A DNA stretch of 64,000 nucleotides from Escherichia coli (GTDB lineage Bacteria; Pseudomonadota; Gammaproteobacteria; Enterobacterales; Enterobacteriaceae). The stretch lies in the NCBI RefSeq assembly GCF_001677475.2, contig NZ_CP015229.1; one strand, 5' to 3'. The notes beneath the pieces are model-generated. The model ran no database searches, was not told the origin of the DNA, and worked only from the letters and a program-made list of their open reading frames with translations. Position 1 is the stretch's first letter; each line of letters opens with the position of its first letter. Position numbers and translations under genes: made by a program. Shown piece after piece: positions 20,911 to 33,536 of the stretch.

Positions 20911-21603
20911 ATGAAGGCGTTCGATCTCCACCGTATGGCATTTGATAAAGTGCCTTTTGATTTCCTTGGCGAAGTGGCACTACGTAGTCTGTATACCTTT
21001 GTACTGGTTTTTTTGTTCCTCAAAATGACCGGAAGACGCGGTGTGCGGCAGATGTCGCTGTTTGAAGTGTTAATCATTCTGACGCTGGGGTCAGCGGCGG
21101 GAGATGTGGCGTTTTATGATGATGTGCCGATGGTCCCGGTACTTATCGTCTTTATCACTCTGGCGTTGTTATACCGCCTGGTAATGTGGTTGATGGCACA
21201 CAGTGAAAAACTGGAAGATCTTCTGGAAGGTAAGCCGGTTGTCATTATTGAAGATGGCGAGCTGGCCTGGTCGAAACTCAATAACTCCAACATGACGGAA
21301 TTTGAGTTCTTTATGGAGCTACGATTGCGCGGTGTAGAGCAGTTGGGGCAAGTACGTCTGGCGATTCTCGAAACCAACGGGCAAATCAGTGTCTATTTCT
21401 TTGAAGATGACAAGGTGAAACCGGGCTTACTTATTTTACCCAGTGACTGTACTCAGCGTTACAAAGTGGTACCCGAGTCGGCGGACTATGCCTGCATTCG
21501 TTGCAGTGAAATCATTCATATGAACGCGGGGGAAAAACAATTATGTCCGCGCTGTGCAAATCCAGAATGGACGAAGGCAAGTCGGGCAAAACGGGTGACG
21601 TGA
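20911..21603 (+). CDS. ycaP: Inner-membrane DUF421 protein (230 aa)
   Basis: ORF 20911..21603; hydrophobic N-terminal half; position between ycaO and serC. Confidence 0.85.
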   Translation: MKAFDLHRMAFDKVPFDFLGEVALRSLYTFVLVFLFLKMTGRRGVRQMSLFEVLIILTLGSAAGDVAFYDDVPMVPVLIVFITLALLYRLVMWLMAHSEKLEDLLEGKPVVIIEDGELAWSKLNNSNMTEFEFFMELRLRGVEQLGQVRLAILETNGQISVYFFEDDKVKPGLLILPSDCTQRYKVVPESADYACIRCSEIIHMNAGEKQLCPRCANPEWTKASRAKRVT

Positions 21604-21801
21604 CAGTAAAAACATCGGCTTTTTGCTAATAATCCGAGAGATTCTTTTGTGTGATGCAAGCCACATTTTTGCCCTCAACGGTTTTACTCATTGCGATGTG
21701 TGTCACTGAATGATAAAACCGATAGCCACAGGAATAATGTATTACCTGTGGTCGCAATCGATTGACCGCGGGTTAATAGCAACGCAACGTGGTGAGGGGA
21801 A

Positions 21802-22890
21802 ATGGCTCAAATCTTCAATTTTAGTTCTGGTCCGGCAATGCTACCGGCAGAGGTGCTTAAACAGGCTCAACAGGAACTGCGCGACTGGAACGGTCTTGGT
21901 ACGTCGGTGATGGAAGTGAGTCACCGTGGCAAAGAGTTCATTCAGGTTGCAGAGGAAGCCGAGAAGGATTTTCGCGATCTTCTTAATGTCCCCTCCAACT
22001 ACAAGGTATTGTTCTGCCATGGCGGCGGTCGCGGTCAGTTTGCTGCTGTTCCGCTGAATATTCTCGGTGATAAAACCACTGCAGATTATGTTGATGCCGG
22101 TTACTGGGCGGCAAGTGCCATTAAAGAAGCGAAAAAATACTGCACGCCTAATGTCTTCGACGCCAAAGTGACTGTTGATGGTCTGCGCGCGGTTAAGCCA
22201 ATGCGTGAATGGCAACTCTCTGATAATGCTGCTTATATGCATTACTGCCCGAATGAAACCATCGACGGTATCGCTATCGACGAAACGCCAGACTTCGGCA
22301 AAGATGTGGTGGTCGCCGCCGACTTCTCTTCAACCATTCTTTCCCGTCCGATTGACGTCAGCCGTTATGGTGTAATTTACGCTGGCGCGCAGAAAAATAT
22401 CGGCCCGGCTGGCCTGACAATCGTCATCGTTCGTGAAGATTTGCTGGGCAAAGCGAATATCGCGTGTCCGTCGATTCTGGATTATTCCATTCTCAACGAT
22501 AACGACTCCATGTTTAACACGCCGCCGACATTTGCCTGGTATCTGTCTGGTCTGGTCTTTAAATGGCTGAAAGCGAACGGCGGTGTAGCTGCAATGGATA
22601 AAAGCAATCAGCAAAAAGCAGAACTGCTGTATGGGGTGATTGATAACAGCAATTTCTACCGCAATGACGTGGCGAAAGCTAACCGTTCGCGGATGAACGT
22701 GCCGTTCCAGTTGGCGGACAGTGCGCTTGACAAATTGTTCCTTGAAGAGTCTTTTGCTGCGGGGCTGCATGCCCTGAAAGGGCATCGTGTGGTCGGCGGT
22801 ATGCGTGCGTCAATTTATAACGCAATGCCTCTGGAAGGCGTTAAAGCGCTGACAGACTTCATGATTGAGTTCGAACGCCGTCACGGCTAA
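21802..22890 (+). CDS. serC: Phosphoserine aminotransferase (362 aa)
   Basis: [15 protein letters not shown] … class V aminotransferase; GAGG before the ATG. Confidence 0.95.
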   Translation: MAQIFNFSSGPAMLPAEVLKQAQQELRDWNGLGTSVMEVSHRGKEFIQVAEEAEKDFRDLLNVPSNYKVLFCHGGGRGQFAAVPLNILGDKTTADYVDAGYWAASAIKEAKKYCTPNVFDAKVTVDGLRAVKPMREWQLSDNAAYMHYCPNETIDGIAIDETPDFGKDVVVAADFSSTILSRPIDVSRYGVIYAGAQKNIGPAGLTIVIVREDLLGKANIACPSILDYSILNDNDSMFNTPPTFAWYLSGLVFKWLKANGGVAAMDKSNQQKAELLYGVIDNSNFYRNDVAKANRSRMNVPFQLADSALDKLFLEESFAAGLHALKGHRVVGGMRASIYNAMPLEGVKALTDFMIEFERRHG

Positions 22891-22909
22891 TGCCGAAATT
22901 TTGCTTAAT

Positions 22910-22936
22910 CCCCACAGCCAGCCTGTGGGGTTTTTA
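22910..22936 (+). terminator. serC–aroA intergenic hairpin plus T-run
   Basis: CCCCACAG-CCAGC-CTGTGGGG followed by TTTTT. Confidence 0.5.
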
Positions 22937-22960
22937 TTTCTGTAGTAGAGAGTTGAGTTC

Positions 22961-24244
22961 ATGGAATCCCTGACGTTACAACCCATCGCTCGTGTCGATG
23001 GCACCATTAATCTGCCCGGTTCCAAGAGCGTTTCTAACCGCGCTTTATTGCTGGCGGCATTAGCACACGGCAAAACAGTATTAACCAATCTGCTGGATAG
23101 CGATGACGTGCGCCATATGCTGAATGCATTAACAGCGTTAGGGGTAAGCTATACGCTTTCAGCCGATCGTACGCGTTGCGAAATCATCGGTAACGGCGCT
23201 CCATTACACGCAAAAAGTGCCCTGGAGTTGTTCCTCGGTAACGCCGGAACGGCAATGCGTCCGCTGGCGGCAGCTCTTTGTCTGGGTAGCAATGATATTG
23301 TGCTGACCGGTGAACCGCGTATGAAAGAACGCCCCATTGGTCATCTGGTGGATGCTCTGCGCCTGGGCGGGGCGAAGATCACTTACCTGGAACAAGAAAA
23401 TTATCCACCATTGCGTTTACAGGGCGGCTTTACTGGCGGCAACGTTGACGTTGATGGCTCCGTTTCCAGCCAGTTCCTCACCGCACTGTTAATGACTGCG
23501 CCTCTTGCACCGGAAGATACGGTGATTCGTATTAAAGGCGATCTGGTTTCTAAACCTTATATCGACATCACACTCAATCTGATGAAGACGTTTGGTGTTG
23601 AAATTGAAAATCAGCACTATCAACAATTTGTCGTAAAAGGCGGGCAGTCTTATCAGTCTCCGGGTACTTATTTGGTCGAAGGCGATGCATCTTCGGCTTC
23701 TTACTTCCTGGCAGCAGCAGCAATCAAAGGCGGCACTGTAAAAGTGACCGGCATTGGACGCAACAGTATGCAGGGTGATATTCGCTTTGCTGATGTGCTG
23801 GAAAAAATGGGCGCGACCATTTGCTGGGGCGATGATTATATTTCCTGCACGCGGGGTGAACTGAACGCTATTGATATGGATATGAACCATATTCCTGATG
23901 CGGCGATGACCATTGCCACGGCGGCGTTATTTGCAAAAGGCACCACCACGCTGCGCAATATCTATAACTGGCGTGTTAAAGAGACCGATCGCCTGTTTGC
24001 GATGGCAACAGAACTGCGTAAAGTTGGTGCGGAAGTAGAAGAGGGGCACGATTACATTCGTATCACTCCACCGGAAAAACTGAACTTTGCCGAGATCGCG
24101 ACATACAATGATCACCGGATGGCGATGTGTTTCTCGCTGGTGGCATTGTCAGATACACCAGTGACGATTCTTGATCCCAAATGTACGGCCAAAACATTTC
24201 CGGATTATTTCGAGCAGCTGGCGCGGATTAGCCAGGTAGCCTGA
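22961..24244 (+). CDS. aroA: EPSP synthase (427 aa)
   Basis: [23 protein letters not shown] … [13 protein letters not shown] motif. Confidence 0.95.
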   Translation: MESLTLQPIARVDGTINLPGSKSVSNRALLLAALAHGKTVLTNLLDSDDVRHMLNALTALGVSYTLSADRTRCEIIGNGAPLHAKSALELFLGNAGTAMRPLAAALCLGSNDIVLTGEPRMKERPIGHLVDALRLGGAKITYLEQENYPPLRLQGGFTGGNVDVDGSVSSQFLTALLMTAPLAPEDTVIRIKGDLVSKPYIDITLNLMKTFGVEIENQHYQQFVVKGGQSYQSPGTYLVEGDASSASYFLAAAAIKGGTVKVTGIGRNSMQGDIRFADVLEKMGATICWGDDYISCTRGELNAIDMDMNHIPDAAMTIATAALFAKGTTTLRNIYNWRVKETDRLFAMATELRKVGAEVEEGHDYIRITPPEKLNFAEIATYNDHRMAMCFSLVALSDTPVTILDPKCTAKTFPDYFEQLARISQVA

Positions 24245-24284
24245 ATGAACAACGGGCAATAAATAGCCAAATCTTTCTTTATCA

Positions 24285-24314
24285 AAACGTCGGCACATTG
24301 TCGGCGTTTTTTTT
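24285..24314 (+). terminator. Hairpin with G·U pairs plus T8 after aroA
   Basis: ACGTCGGC-ACATT-GTCGGCGT followed by TTTTTTTT. Confidence 0.4.
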
Positions 24315-24412
24315 CGGACATTGTGAACCATTTTTATTGATGGTAGCGTTAGCTGTCAATGTAAGTTGTTGATATATAATATTTATATATGATTAATCAA
24401 CGGATGATTCAC

Positions 24413-25177
24413 ATGAAGAATACTAAATTACTGCTGGCGATTGCGACCTCTGCAGCATTGTTGACGGGGTGTCAGAATACGCATGGTATTAATACCGATC
24501 TGGCCATCAGCTCCGGTTTAAATGCCTATAAAGCTGTAACGTTAAGCGATGCCGATGCAAAAGCGATTGCCAATCAGGGCTGTGCCGAAATGGACAGCGG
24601 CAATCAAGTCGCAAGTAAATCCAGCAAGTACGGTAAACGTCTGGCAAAAATCGCCAAAGCATTGGGTAACAATATTAATGGCACGCCGGTCAACTATAAG
24701 GTTTATATGACCAGCGACGTCAACGCATGGGCGATGGCGAACGGCTGTGTTCGTGTCTACAGTGGCCTGATGGACATGATGAACGACAACGAAATTGAAG
24801 GCGTTCTGGGCCATGAACTGGGTCACGTCGCGTTGGGTCACTCGTTGGCTGAAATGAAAGCTTCTTATGCGATCGTTGCCGCACGTGATGCTATTTCCGC
24901 CACCAGCGGTGTTGCTTCCCAGCTTTCCCGTTCACAATTAGGTGATATCGCAGAAGGCGCTATCAATGCTAAATACTCCCGCGATAAAGAGTCTGAAGCA
25001 GATGATTTCTCCTTTGATCTGCTGAAGAAACGTGGCATCAGCACCCAGGGACTGGTCGGTAGCTTTGAAAAACTGGCTAGCCTGGATGGCGGTCGTACCC
25101 AGTCCATGTTTGACTCTCACCCACCATCAACAGAGCGTGCGCAACACATCCGTGATCGTATCGCCTCTGGTAAGTAA
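24413..25177 (+). CDS. ycaL: M48-family metallopeptidase lipoprotein
   Basis: MKNTKLLLAIATSAALLTGCQ lipobox; HELGH zinc motif; ORF-track frame extends 8 codons upstream. Confidence 0.85.
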   Translation: MKNTKLLLAIATSAALLTGCQNTHGINTDLAISSGLNAYKAVTLSDADAKAIANQGCAEMDSGNQVASKSSKYGKRLAKIAKALGNNINGTPVNYKVYMTSDVNAWAMANGCVRVYSGLMDMMNDNEIEGVLGHELGHVALGHSLAEMKASYAIVAARDAISATSGVASQLSRSQLGDIAEGAINAKYSRDKESEADDFSFDLLKKRGISTQGLVGSFEKLASLDGGRTQSMFDSHPPSTERAQHIRDRIASGK

Positions 25178-25349
25178 ATCATTGTCATCTTTCGGGCTGG
25201 TCTTCTGCCAGCCCGCTATAATTGCGCAATAAATCCCCATCTGAATACAGACAAAACTGGTTTTTGCACACAACGTTAACGATTTGTGGCGTCGGCGCGT
25301 ATAATGCGCGCGGTTATGTTAACGGTACGCCTGTTTTAAGGAGATAAAG

Positions 25350-26033
25350 ATGACGGCAATTGCCCCGGTTATTACCATTGATGGCCCAAGCGGTGCAGGG
25401 AAAGGCACCTTGTGTAAGGCTATGGCGGAAGCATTGCAATGGCATCTGCTGGATTCGGGTGCAATTTATCGCGTACTGGCACTAGCGGCATTACATCACC
25501 ATGTTGATGTTGCATCGGAAGATGCGCTGGTGCCGCTGGCATCCCATCTGGATGTACGTTTTGTGTCAACCAATGGCAATCTGGAAGTGATCCTCGAAGG
25601 GGAAGATGTCAGCGGCGAAATTCGTACTCAGGAAGTGGCGAATGCAGCTTCACAAGTCGCGGCATTCCCACGCGTTCGTGAGGCATTATTGCGTCGCCAA
25701 CGCGCGTTTCGCGAATTACCAGGCCTGATTGCCGATGGCCGCGACATGGGTACGGTGGTATTCCCTGATGCGCCAGTGAAAATTTTCCTTGACGCCTCCT
25801 CGGAAGAACGTGCGCATCGCCGCATGCTACAGTTGCAGGAGAAGGGCTTTAGTGTTAACTTTGAGCGCCTTTTGGCCGAGATCAAAGAACGCGACGACCG
25901 CGATCGTAACCGAGCGGTAGCGCCACTGGTTCCGGCAGCCGATGCTTTAGTGTTGGATTCCACCACCTTAAGCATTGAGCAAGTGATTGAAAAAGCGCTA
26001 CAATACGCGCGCCAGAAATTGGCTCTCGCATAA
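25350..26033 (+). CDS. cmk: Cytidylate kinase (227 aa)
   Basis: [21 protein letters not shown]-loop; AGGAG before the ATG. Confidence 0.95.
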
Positions 26034-26143
26034 GCGACCGAATTTGCAGTACCCCCGTTGCAATGGAATGACAGCGGGTATGTTAAACAACCCCATCCGG
26101 CATGGAGCCAGGTGGACGTTAAATATAAACCTGAAGATTAAAC

Positions 26144-27817
26144 ATGACTGAATCTTTTGCTCAACTCTTTGAAGAGTCCTTAAAAGAAATCGAAACCCGC
26201 CCGGGTTCTATCGTTCGTGGCGTTGTTGTTGCTATCGACAAAGACGTAGTACTGGTTGACGCTGGTCTGAAATCTGAGTCCGCCATCCCGGCTGAGCAGT
26301 TCAAAAACGCCCAGGGCGAGCTGGAAATCCAGGTAGGTGACGAAGTTGACGTTGCTCTGGACGCAGTAGAAGACGGCTTCGGTGAAACTCTGCTGTCCCG
26401 TGAGAAAGCTAAACGTCACGAAGCCTGGATCACGCTGGAAAAAGCTTACGAAGATGCTGAAACTGTTACCGGTGTTATCAACGGCAAAGTTAAGGGCGGC
26501 TTCACTGTTGAGCTGAACGGTATTCGTGCGTTCCTGCCAGGTTCTCTGGTAGACGTTCGTCCGGTGCGTGACACTCTGCACCTGGAAGGCAAAGAGCTTG
26601 AATTCAAAGTAATCAAGCTGGATCAGAAGCGCAACAACGTTGTTGTTTCTCGTCGTGCCGTTATCGAATCCGAAAACAGCGCAGAGCGCGATCAGCTGCT
26701 GGAAAACCTGCAGGAAGGCATGGAAGTTAAAGGTATCGTTAAGAACCTCACTGACTACGGTGCATTCGTTGATCTGGGCGGCGTTGACGGCCTGCTGCAC
26801 ATCACTGACATGGCCTGGAAACGCGTTAAGCATCCGAGCGAAATCGTCAATGTGGGCGACGAAATCACTGTTAAAGTGCTGAAGTTCGACCGCGAACGTA
26901 CCCGTGTATCTCTGGGCCTGAAACAGCTGGGCGAAGATCCGTGGGTAGCTATTGCTAAACGTTATCCGGAAGGTACCAAACTGACTGGTCGCGTGACCAA
27001 CCTGACTGACTACGGCTGCTTCGTTGAAATCGAAGAAGGCGTTGAAGGCCTGGTACACGTTTCCGAAATGGATTGGACCAACAAAAACATCCACCCGTCC
27101 AAAGTTGTTAACGTTGGCGATGTAGTGGAAGTTATGGTTCTGGATATCGACGAAGAACGTCGTCGTATCTCCCTGGGTCTGAAACAGTGCAAAGCTAACC
27201 CGTGGCAGCAGTTCGCGGAAACCCACAACAAGGGCGACCGTGTTGAAGGTAAAATCAAGTCTATCACTGACTTCGGTATCTTCATCGGCCTGGACGGCGG
27301 CATCGACGGCTTGGTTCACCTGTCTGACATCTCCTGGAACGTTGCAGGCGAAGAAGCAGTTCGTGAATACAAAAAAGGCGACGAAATCGCTGCAGTTGTT
27401 CTGCAGGTTGACGCAGAACGTGAACGTATCTCCCTGGGCGTTAAACAGCTCGCAGAAGATCCGTTCAACAACTGGGTTGCTCTGAACAAGAAAGGCGCTA
27501 TCGTAACCGGTAAAGTAACTGCAGTTGACGCTAAAGGCGCAACCGTAGAACTGGCTGACGGCGTTGAAGGTTACCTGCGTGCTTCTGAAGCATCCCGTGA
27601 CCGCGTTGAAGACGCTACCCTGGTTCTGAGCGTTGGCGACGAAGTTGAAGCTAAATTCACCGGCGTTGATCGTAAAAACCGCGCAATCAGCCTGTCTGTT
27701 CGTGCGAAAGACGAAGCTGACGAGAAAGATGCAATCGCAACTGTTAACAAACAGGAAGATGCAAACTTCTCCAACAACGCAATGGCTGAAGCTTTCAAAG
27801 CAGCTAAAGGCGAGTAA
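26144..27817 (+). CDS. rpsA: 30S ribosomal protein S1 (557 aa)
   Basis: Six S1 repeats, [21 protein letters not shown] … [12 protein letters not shown]. Confidence 0.97.
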
Positions 27818-27900
27818 TTCTCTGACTCTTCGGGATTTTTATTCCGAAGTTTGTTGAGTTTACTTGACAGATTGCAGGTTTCGTCCTGTAATCAAGCACT

Positions 27901-27922
27901 AAGGGCGGCTACGGCCGCCCTT
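27901..27922 (+). terminator. Perfect hairpin between rpsA and ihfB
   Basis: AAGGGCGGC-TACG-GCCGCCCTT, read directly; no clear T-run, so terminator function is uncertain. Confidence 0.4.
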
Positions 27923-27976
27923 AATCAATGCAGCAACAGCAGCCGCTTAATTTGCCTTTAAGGAACCGGAGGAATC

Positions 27977-28261
27977 ATGACCAAGTCAGAATTGATAGAA
28001 AGACTTGCCACCCAGCAATCGCACATTCCCGCCAAGACGGTTGAAGATGCAGTAAAAGAGATGCTGGAGCATATGGCCTCGACTCTTGCGCAGGGCGAGC
28101 GTATTGAAATCCGCGGTTTCGGCAGTTTCTCTTTGCACTACCGCGCACCACGTACCGGACGTAATCCGAAGACTGGCGATAAAGTAGAACTGGAAGGAAA
28201 ATACGTTCCTCACTTTAAACCTGGTAAAGAACTGCGCGATCGCGCCAATATTTACGGTTAA
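27977..28261 (+). CDS. ihfB: Integration host factor beta subunit (94 aa)
   Basis: [51 protein letters not shown]; GGAGG before the ATG. Confidence 0.95.
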
Positions 28262-28286
28262 GTTTTTACTCAAACTTGAACGAGAG

Positions 28287-28311
28287 AAAAGCACCTGTCG
28301 GGTGCTTTTTT
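28287..28311 (+). terminator. ihfB rho-independent terminator
   Basis: GCACC-TGTCG-GGTGC followed by TTTTTT. Confidence 0.55.
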
Positions 28312-28467
28312 CATTTCTCTAATCTGGAACTGGAAGCTGCTTCGCAGAGTTTTGAGCAGTTTTCACCCTTTCGTTAAATTCTTCTGAACGTGCCTCGGGG
28401 AACGCAAAATTCCCACCAGACAACCGCTCAACAAAGTTGCACACTTTCCATAAACAGGGAGGGGTGC

Positions 28468-30732
28468 ATGAAAATAACGACAGTCGGCATATGCATAATT
28501 TGCGGAATTTTTCCGTTGCTGATTTTGCCCCAATTGCCTGGGACATTAACCCTTGCGTTTCTGACTCTCTTCGCCTGCGTACTGGCATTTATCCCTGTTA
28601 AAACCGTCCGTTATATCGCGCTGACGTTGCTGTTTTTCGTTTGGGGCATATTATCAGCAAAGCAAATTTTGTGGGCAGGAGAAACCTTAACTGGCGCGAC
28701 GCAGGATGCAATTGTTGAGATCACTGCTACTGACGGCATGACCACTCATTACGGTCAAATTACTTATCTACAAGGTCGACGTATATTCCCTGCGCCAGGC
28801 CTTGTGCTGTATGGCGAATATCTTCCGCAAGCGGTTTGTGCCGGACAACTGTGGTCAATGAAACTCAAAGTTCGTGCCGTTCATGGTCAACTTAATGATG
28901 GCGGCTTTGATAGCCAGCGTTATGCCATTGCCCAGCATCAGCCGCTCACCGGCCGCTTTCTGCAGGCAAGTGTTATTGAACCGAATTGTAGCCTGCGTGC
29001 ACAGTATCTGGCGTCACTACAAACAACGCTGCAACCCTATCCGTGGAATGCGGTTATTCTTGGTTTAGGTATGGGGGAACGGTTATCCGTCCCCAAAGAA
29101 ATCAAAAATATCATGCGCGATACTGGAACGGCGCATTTAATGGCGATATCGGGATTGCACATCGCTTTTGCGGCGTTGCTGGCTGCCGGACTGATTCGCA
29201 GTGGACAAATTTTTCTGCCTGGGCGCTGGATCCACTGGCAAATGCCATTAATTGGCGGAATCTGCTGTGCTGCTTTTTATGCCTGGCTGACTGGGATGCA
29301 ACCTCCTGCATTGCGTACCGTGGTGGCGCTTGCTACGTGGGGAATGCTTAAGTTAAGTGGGCGACAGTGGAGTGGCTGGGATGTATGGATATGTTGTCTG
29401 GCGGCAATTTTGCTGATGGATCCTGTTGCCATTCTCTCGCAAAGTTTATGGCTCTCTGCCGCTGCGGTCGCGGCACTGATTTTTTGGTCTCAGTGGTTTC
29501 CCGGTCCTGAGTGGCAACTGCCGCCGGTATTGCGTGCAGTTGTTTCCCTCATCCATCTGCAACTGGGAATCACACTCCTGCTTATGCCCGTGCAAATCGT
29601 CATATTTCATGGCATTAGTCTGACCTCGTTTATTGCAAATCTATTTGCAATTCCCCTGGTGACATTTATCACGGTTCCGTTGATCCTCGCCGCTATGGTT
29701 GTGCATTTAAGCGGGCCGTTAATCCTGGAAGAGGGATTATGGTTTCTTGCCGACCGGTCTTTGGCTTTACTTTTCTGGGGGTTAAAGAGTTTGCCGGAAG
29801 GGTGGATCAACATTGCTGAACGTTGGCAATGGCTAACATTTTCCCCATGGTTCTTACTGGTGGTATGGCGATTAAACGCCTGGCGAACGTTGCCAGCAAT
29901 GTGTGTGGCTGTAGGCTTGCTGATGTGCTGGCCGCTGTGGCAAAAACCTCGACCTGACGAGTGGCAAGTGTACATGCTTGATGTCGGGCAAGGGCTGGCA
30001 ATGGTGATAGCCAGAAACGGCAAAGCGATTCTCTATGACACGGGACTGGCCTGGCCCGAAGGGGATAGTGGGCAACAACTGATTATCCCCTGGCTCCACT
30101 GGCATAATCTTGAACCGGAAGGCGTTATTCTGAGTCATGAACATCTGGATCACCGGGGAGGGCTGGACTCAATATTGCATACATGGCCGATGTTATGGAT
30201 CAGAAGTCCGTTAAACTGGGAACATCATCAGCCCTGTGTGCGTGGCGAAGCGTGGCAATGGCAAGGATTGCGTTTCAGCGCGCACTGGCCTTTACAAGGT
30301 AGCAACGATAAAGGAAATAACCATTCCTGTGTGGTTAAGATTGATGACGGGACGAATAGCATTCTTCTAACCGGTGATATTGAAGCCCCCGCTGAACAAA
30401 AGATGCTAAGCCGTTACTGGCAGCAAGTGCAAGCAACATTACTTCAGGTACCTCACCATGGCAGTAATACCTCATCATCGTTGCCATTAATTCAGCGAGT
30501 GAATGGAAAAGTGGCACTCGCATCGGCATCGCGCTATAACGCATGGCGATTGCCCTCTAACAAAGTTAAGCATCGCTATCAACAACAGGGTTATAAGTGG
30601 CTTGATACTCCTCATCAGGGGCAAATAACGGTCAATTTTTCAGCGCAAGGCTGGCGGATTAGCAGCCTCAGGGAGCAAATTTTACCTCGTTGGTATCATC
30701 AGTGGTTTGGCGTGCCAGTGGATAACGGGTAG
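28468..30732 (+). CDS. ycaI: ComEC/Rec2-family inner-membrane protein with C-terminal metallo-beta-lactamase-like domain (754 aa)
   Basis: Starts MKITTVGICIICGIFPLL; polytopic membrane region then HEHLDHRGG motif; ORF-track frame extends 26 codons upstream. Confidence 0.85.
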   Translation: MKITTVGICIICGIFPLLILPQLPGTLTLAFLTLFACVLAFIPVKTVRYIALTLLFFVWGILSAKQILWAGETLTGATQDAIVEITATDGMTTHYGQITYLQGRRIFPAPGLVLYGEYLPQAVCAGQLWSMKLKVRAVHGQLNDGGFDSQRYAIAQHQPLTGRFLQASVIEPNCSLRAQYLASLQTTLQPYPWNAVILGLGMGERLSVPKEIKNIMRDTGTAHLMAISGLHIAFAALLAAGLIRSGQIFLPGRWIHWQMPLIGGICCAAFYAWLTGMQPPALRTVVALATWGMLKLSGRQWSGWDVWICCLAAILLMDPVAILSQSLWLSAAAVAALIFWSQWFPGPEWQLPPVLRAVVSLIHLQLGITLLLMPVQIVIFHGISLTSFIANLFAIPLVTFITVPLILAAMVVHLSGPLILEEGLWFLADRSLALLFWGLKSLPEGWINIAERWQWLTFSPWFLLVVWRLNAWRTLPAMCVAVGLLMCWPLWQKPRPDEWQVYMLDVGQGLAMVIARNGKAILYDTGLAWPEGDSGQQLIIPWLHWHNLEPEGVILSHEHLDHRGGLDSILHTWPMLWIRSPLNWEHHQPCVRGEAWQWQGLRFSAHWPLQGSNDKGNNHSCVVKIDDGTNSILLTGDIEAPAEQKMLSRYWQQVQATLLQVPHHGSNTSSSLPLIQRVNGKVALASASRYNAWRLPSNKVKHRYQQQGYKWLDTPHQGQITVNFSAQGWRISSLREQILPRWYHQWFGVPVDNG

Positions 30733-30768
30733 AATATGCGGCTATTTCAACAAATGCTGGTTTTTTGA

Positions 30769-32517
30769 ATGCATAACGACAAAGATCTCTCTACGTGGCA
30801 GACATTCCGCCGACTGTGGCCAACCATTGCGCCTTTCAAAGCGGGTCTGATCGTGGCGGGCGTAGCGTTAATCCTCAACGCAGCCAGCGATACCTTCATG
30901 TTATCGCTCCTTAAGCCACTTCTTGATGATGGCTTTGGTAAAACAGATCGCTCCGTGCTGGTGTGGATGCCGCTGGTGGTGATCGGGCTAATGATTTTAC
31001 GTGGTATCACCAGCTATGTCTCCAGCTACTGTATCTCCTGGGTATCAGGAAAGGTGGTAATGACCATGCGTCGCCGCCTGTTTGGTCACATGATGGGAAT
31101 GCCAGTTTCATTCTTTGACAAACAGTCAACGGGTACGCTGTTGTCACGTATCACCTACGATTCCGAACAGGTTGCTTCTTCTTCTTCCGGCGCACTGATT
31201 ACTGTTGTGCGTGAAGGTGCGTCGATCATCGGCCTGTTCATCATGATGTTCTATTACAGTTGGCAACTGTCGATTATTTTGATTGTGCTGGCACCGATTG
31301 TTTCGATTGCGATTCGCGTTGTATCGAAGCGTTTTCGCAATATCAGTAAAAACATGCAGAACACCATGGGGCAGGTGACCACCAGCGCCGAACAAATGCT
31401 GAAAGGCCATAAAGAAGTATTGATTTTCGGTGGTCAGGAAGTGGAAACGAAACGCTTCGATAAAGTCAGCAACCGAATGCGTCTTCAGGGGATGAAAATG
31501 GTTTCAGCCTCTTCCATCTCTGATCCGATCATTCAGCTGATCGCCTCTTTGGCGCTGGCGTTTGTTCTGTATGCGGCGAGCTTCCCAAGTGTTATGGATA
31601 ACCTGACTGCCGGTACGATTACCGTTGTTTTCTCTTCAATGATTGCACTGATGCGTCCACTGAAATCGCTGACCAACGTTAACGCCCAGTTCCAGCGCGG
31701 TATGGCGGCTTGTCAGACGCTGTTTACCATTCTGGACAGTGAGCAGGAGAAAGACGAAGGTAAGCGCGTGATCGAGCGTGCGACTGGCGACGTGGAATTC
31801 CGCAATGTCACCTTTACTTATCCGGGACGTGACGTGCCCGCATTGCGTAACATCAACCTGAAAATTCCGGCAGGGAAGACGGTTGCTCTGGTTGGACGCT
31901 CTGGTTCAGGTAAATCAACCATCGCCAGCCTAATCACACGTTTTTACGATATTGATGAAGGCGAAATCCTGATGGATGGTCACGATCTGCGCGAGTATAC
32001 CCTGGCGTCGTTACGTAACCAGGTTGCTCTGGTGTCGCAGAATGTCCATCTGTTTAACGATACGGTTGCCAACAACATTGCTTACGCACGGACTGAACAG
32101 TACAGCCGTGAGCAAATTGAAGAAGCGGCGCGTATGGCCTACGCCATGGACTTCATCAATAAGATGGATAACGGTCTCGATACAGTGATTGGTGAAAACG
32201 GCGTGCTGCTCTCTGGCGGTCAGCGTCAGCGTATTGCCATCGCTCGAGCCTTGTTGCGTGATAGCCCGATTCTGATTCTGGACGAAGCTACCTCGGCGCT
32301 GGATACCGAATCTGAACGTGCGATTCAGGCGGCACTGGATGAGTTGCAGAAAAACCGTACCTCTCTGGTGATTGCCCACCGCTTGTCTACCATTGAAAAG
32401 GCAGACGAAATCGTGGTCGTCGAGGATGGTGTCATTGTGGAACGCGGTACGCATAACGATTTGCTTGAGCACCGTGGCGTTTACGCGCAACTTCACAAAA
32501 TGCAGTTTGGCCAATGA
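30769..32517 (+). CDS. msbA: Lipid A ABC exporter (flippase) MsbA (582 aa)
   Basis: Six TM helices plus ABC domain ([29 protein letters not shown]). Confidence 0.95.
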   Translation: MHNDKDLSTWQTFRRLWPTIAPFKAGLIVAGVALILNAASDTFMLSLLKPLLDDGFGKTDRSVLVWMPLVVIGLMILRGITSYVSSYCISWVSGKVVMTMRRRLFGHMMGMPVSFFDKQSTGTLLSRITYDSEQVASSSSGALITVVREGASIIGLFIMMFYYSWQLSIILIVLAPIVSIAIRVVSKRFRNISKNMQNTMGQVTTSAEQMLKGHKEVLIFGGQEVETKRFDKVSNRMRLQGMKMVSASSISDPIIQLIASLALAFVLYAASFPSVMDNLTAGTITVVFSSMIALMRPLKSLTNVNAQFQRGMAACQTLFTILDSEQEKDEGKRVIERATGDVEFRNVTFTYPGRDVPALRNINLKIPAGKTVALVGRSGSGKSTIASLITRFYDIDEGEILMDGHDLREYTLASLRNQVALVSQNVHLFNDTVANNIAYARTEQYSREQIEEAARMAYAMDFINKMDNGLDTVIGENGVLLSGGQRQRIAIARALLRDSPILILDEATSALDTESERAIQAALDELQKNRTSLVIAHRLSTIEKADEIVVVEDGVIVERGTHNDLLEHRGVYAQLHKMQFGQ

Positions 32518-33500
32518 TCGAAAAAATCTGGTCTGGTGAATCCCCTTTGTGGCGGCTATTGCTGCCACTCTCCTGGTTGTATGGTCTGGTGAGTGGCGCG
32601 ATCCGTCTTTGCTATAAACTAAAACTGAAGCGCGCCTGGCGTGCCCCCGTACCGGTTGTCGTGGTTGGTAATCTCACCGCAGGCGGCAACGGAAAAACCC
32701 CGGTCGTTGTCTGGCTGGTGGAACAGTTGCAACAGCGCGGTATTCGCGTGGGGGTCGTATCGCGGGGATATGGTGGTAAGGCTGAATCTTATCCGCTGTT
32801 ATTGTCGGCAGATACCACCACAGCACAGGCGGGTGATGAACCCGTGTTGATTTATCAACGCACTGGCGCGCCCGTTGCGGTTTCTCCCGTGCGTTCTGAT
32901 GCGGTAAAAGCCATTCTGGCACAACACCCTGATGTGCAGATCATCGTAACCGACGACGGTTTACAGCATTACCGTCTGGTGCGTGATGTGGAAATTGTCG
33001 TTATTGATGGTGTGCGTCGCTTTGGCAATGGTTGGTGGTTGCCGGCGGGGCCAATGCGTGAGCGAGCGGGGCGCTTAAAGTCGGTTGATGCGGTAATCGT
33101 CAACGGCGGTGTCCCCCGCAGCGGTGAAATCCCCATGCATCTGCTGCCGGGTCAGGCGGTGAATTTACGTACCGGTACGCGTTGTGACGTTGCTCAGCTT
33201 GAACATGTAGTGGCGATGGCGGGGATTGGACATCCGCCGCGCTTTTTTGCCACGCTGAAGATGTGCGGCGTACAACCGGAAAAATGTGTACCGCTGGCCG
33301 ATCATCAGTCTTTGAACCATGCGGATGTCAGCGCGTTGGTAAACGCCGGGCAAACGCTGGTAATGACTGAAAAAGATGCGGTGAAATGCCGGGCCTTTGC
33401 CGAAGGAAATTGGTGGTATTTGCCTGTTGACGCACAGCTTTCAGGTGATGAACCAGCGAAACTGCTTGCGCAACTAACCTCGCTGGCTTCTGGCAACTAG
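32514..33500 (+). CDS. lpxK: Tetraacyldisaccharide 4'-kinase (328 aa)
   Basis: [16 protein letters not shown]-loop; 4-bp overlap with the msbA stop. Confidence 0.95.
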   Translation: MIEKIWSGESPLWRLLLPLSWLYGLVSGAIRLCYKLKLKRAWRAPVPVVVVGNLTAGGNGKTPVVVWLVEQLQQRGIRVGVVSRGYGGKAESYPLLLSADTTTAQAGDEPVLIYQRTGAPVAVSPVRSDAVKAILAQHPDVQIIVTDDGLQHYRLVRDVEIVVIDGVRRFGNGWWLPAGPMRERAGRLKSVDAVIVNGGVPRSGEIPMHLLPGQAVNLRTGTRCDVAQLEHVVAMAGIGHPPRFFATLKMCGVQPEKCVPLADHQSLNHADVSALVNAGQTLVMTEKDAVKCRAFAEGNWWYLPVDAQLSGDEPAKLLAQLTSLASGN

Positions 33501-33536
33501 TTACGCCGCGGCAGCGTTCGATTGATGGAGTCATGA

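Noticed and set aside
26180-27319. 379-aa minus-strand ORF inside rpsA
   Set aside because: Antisense shadow ORF of the S1 gene; no start context or domain.
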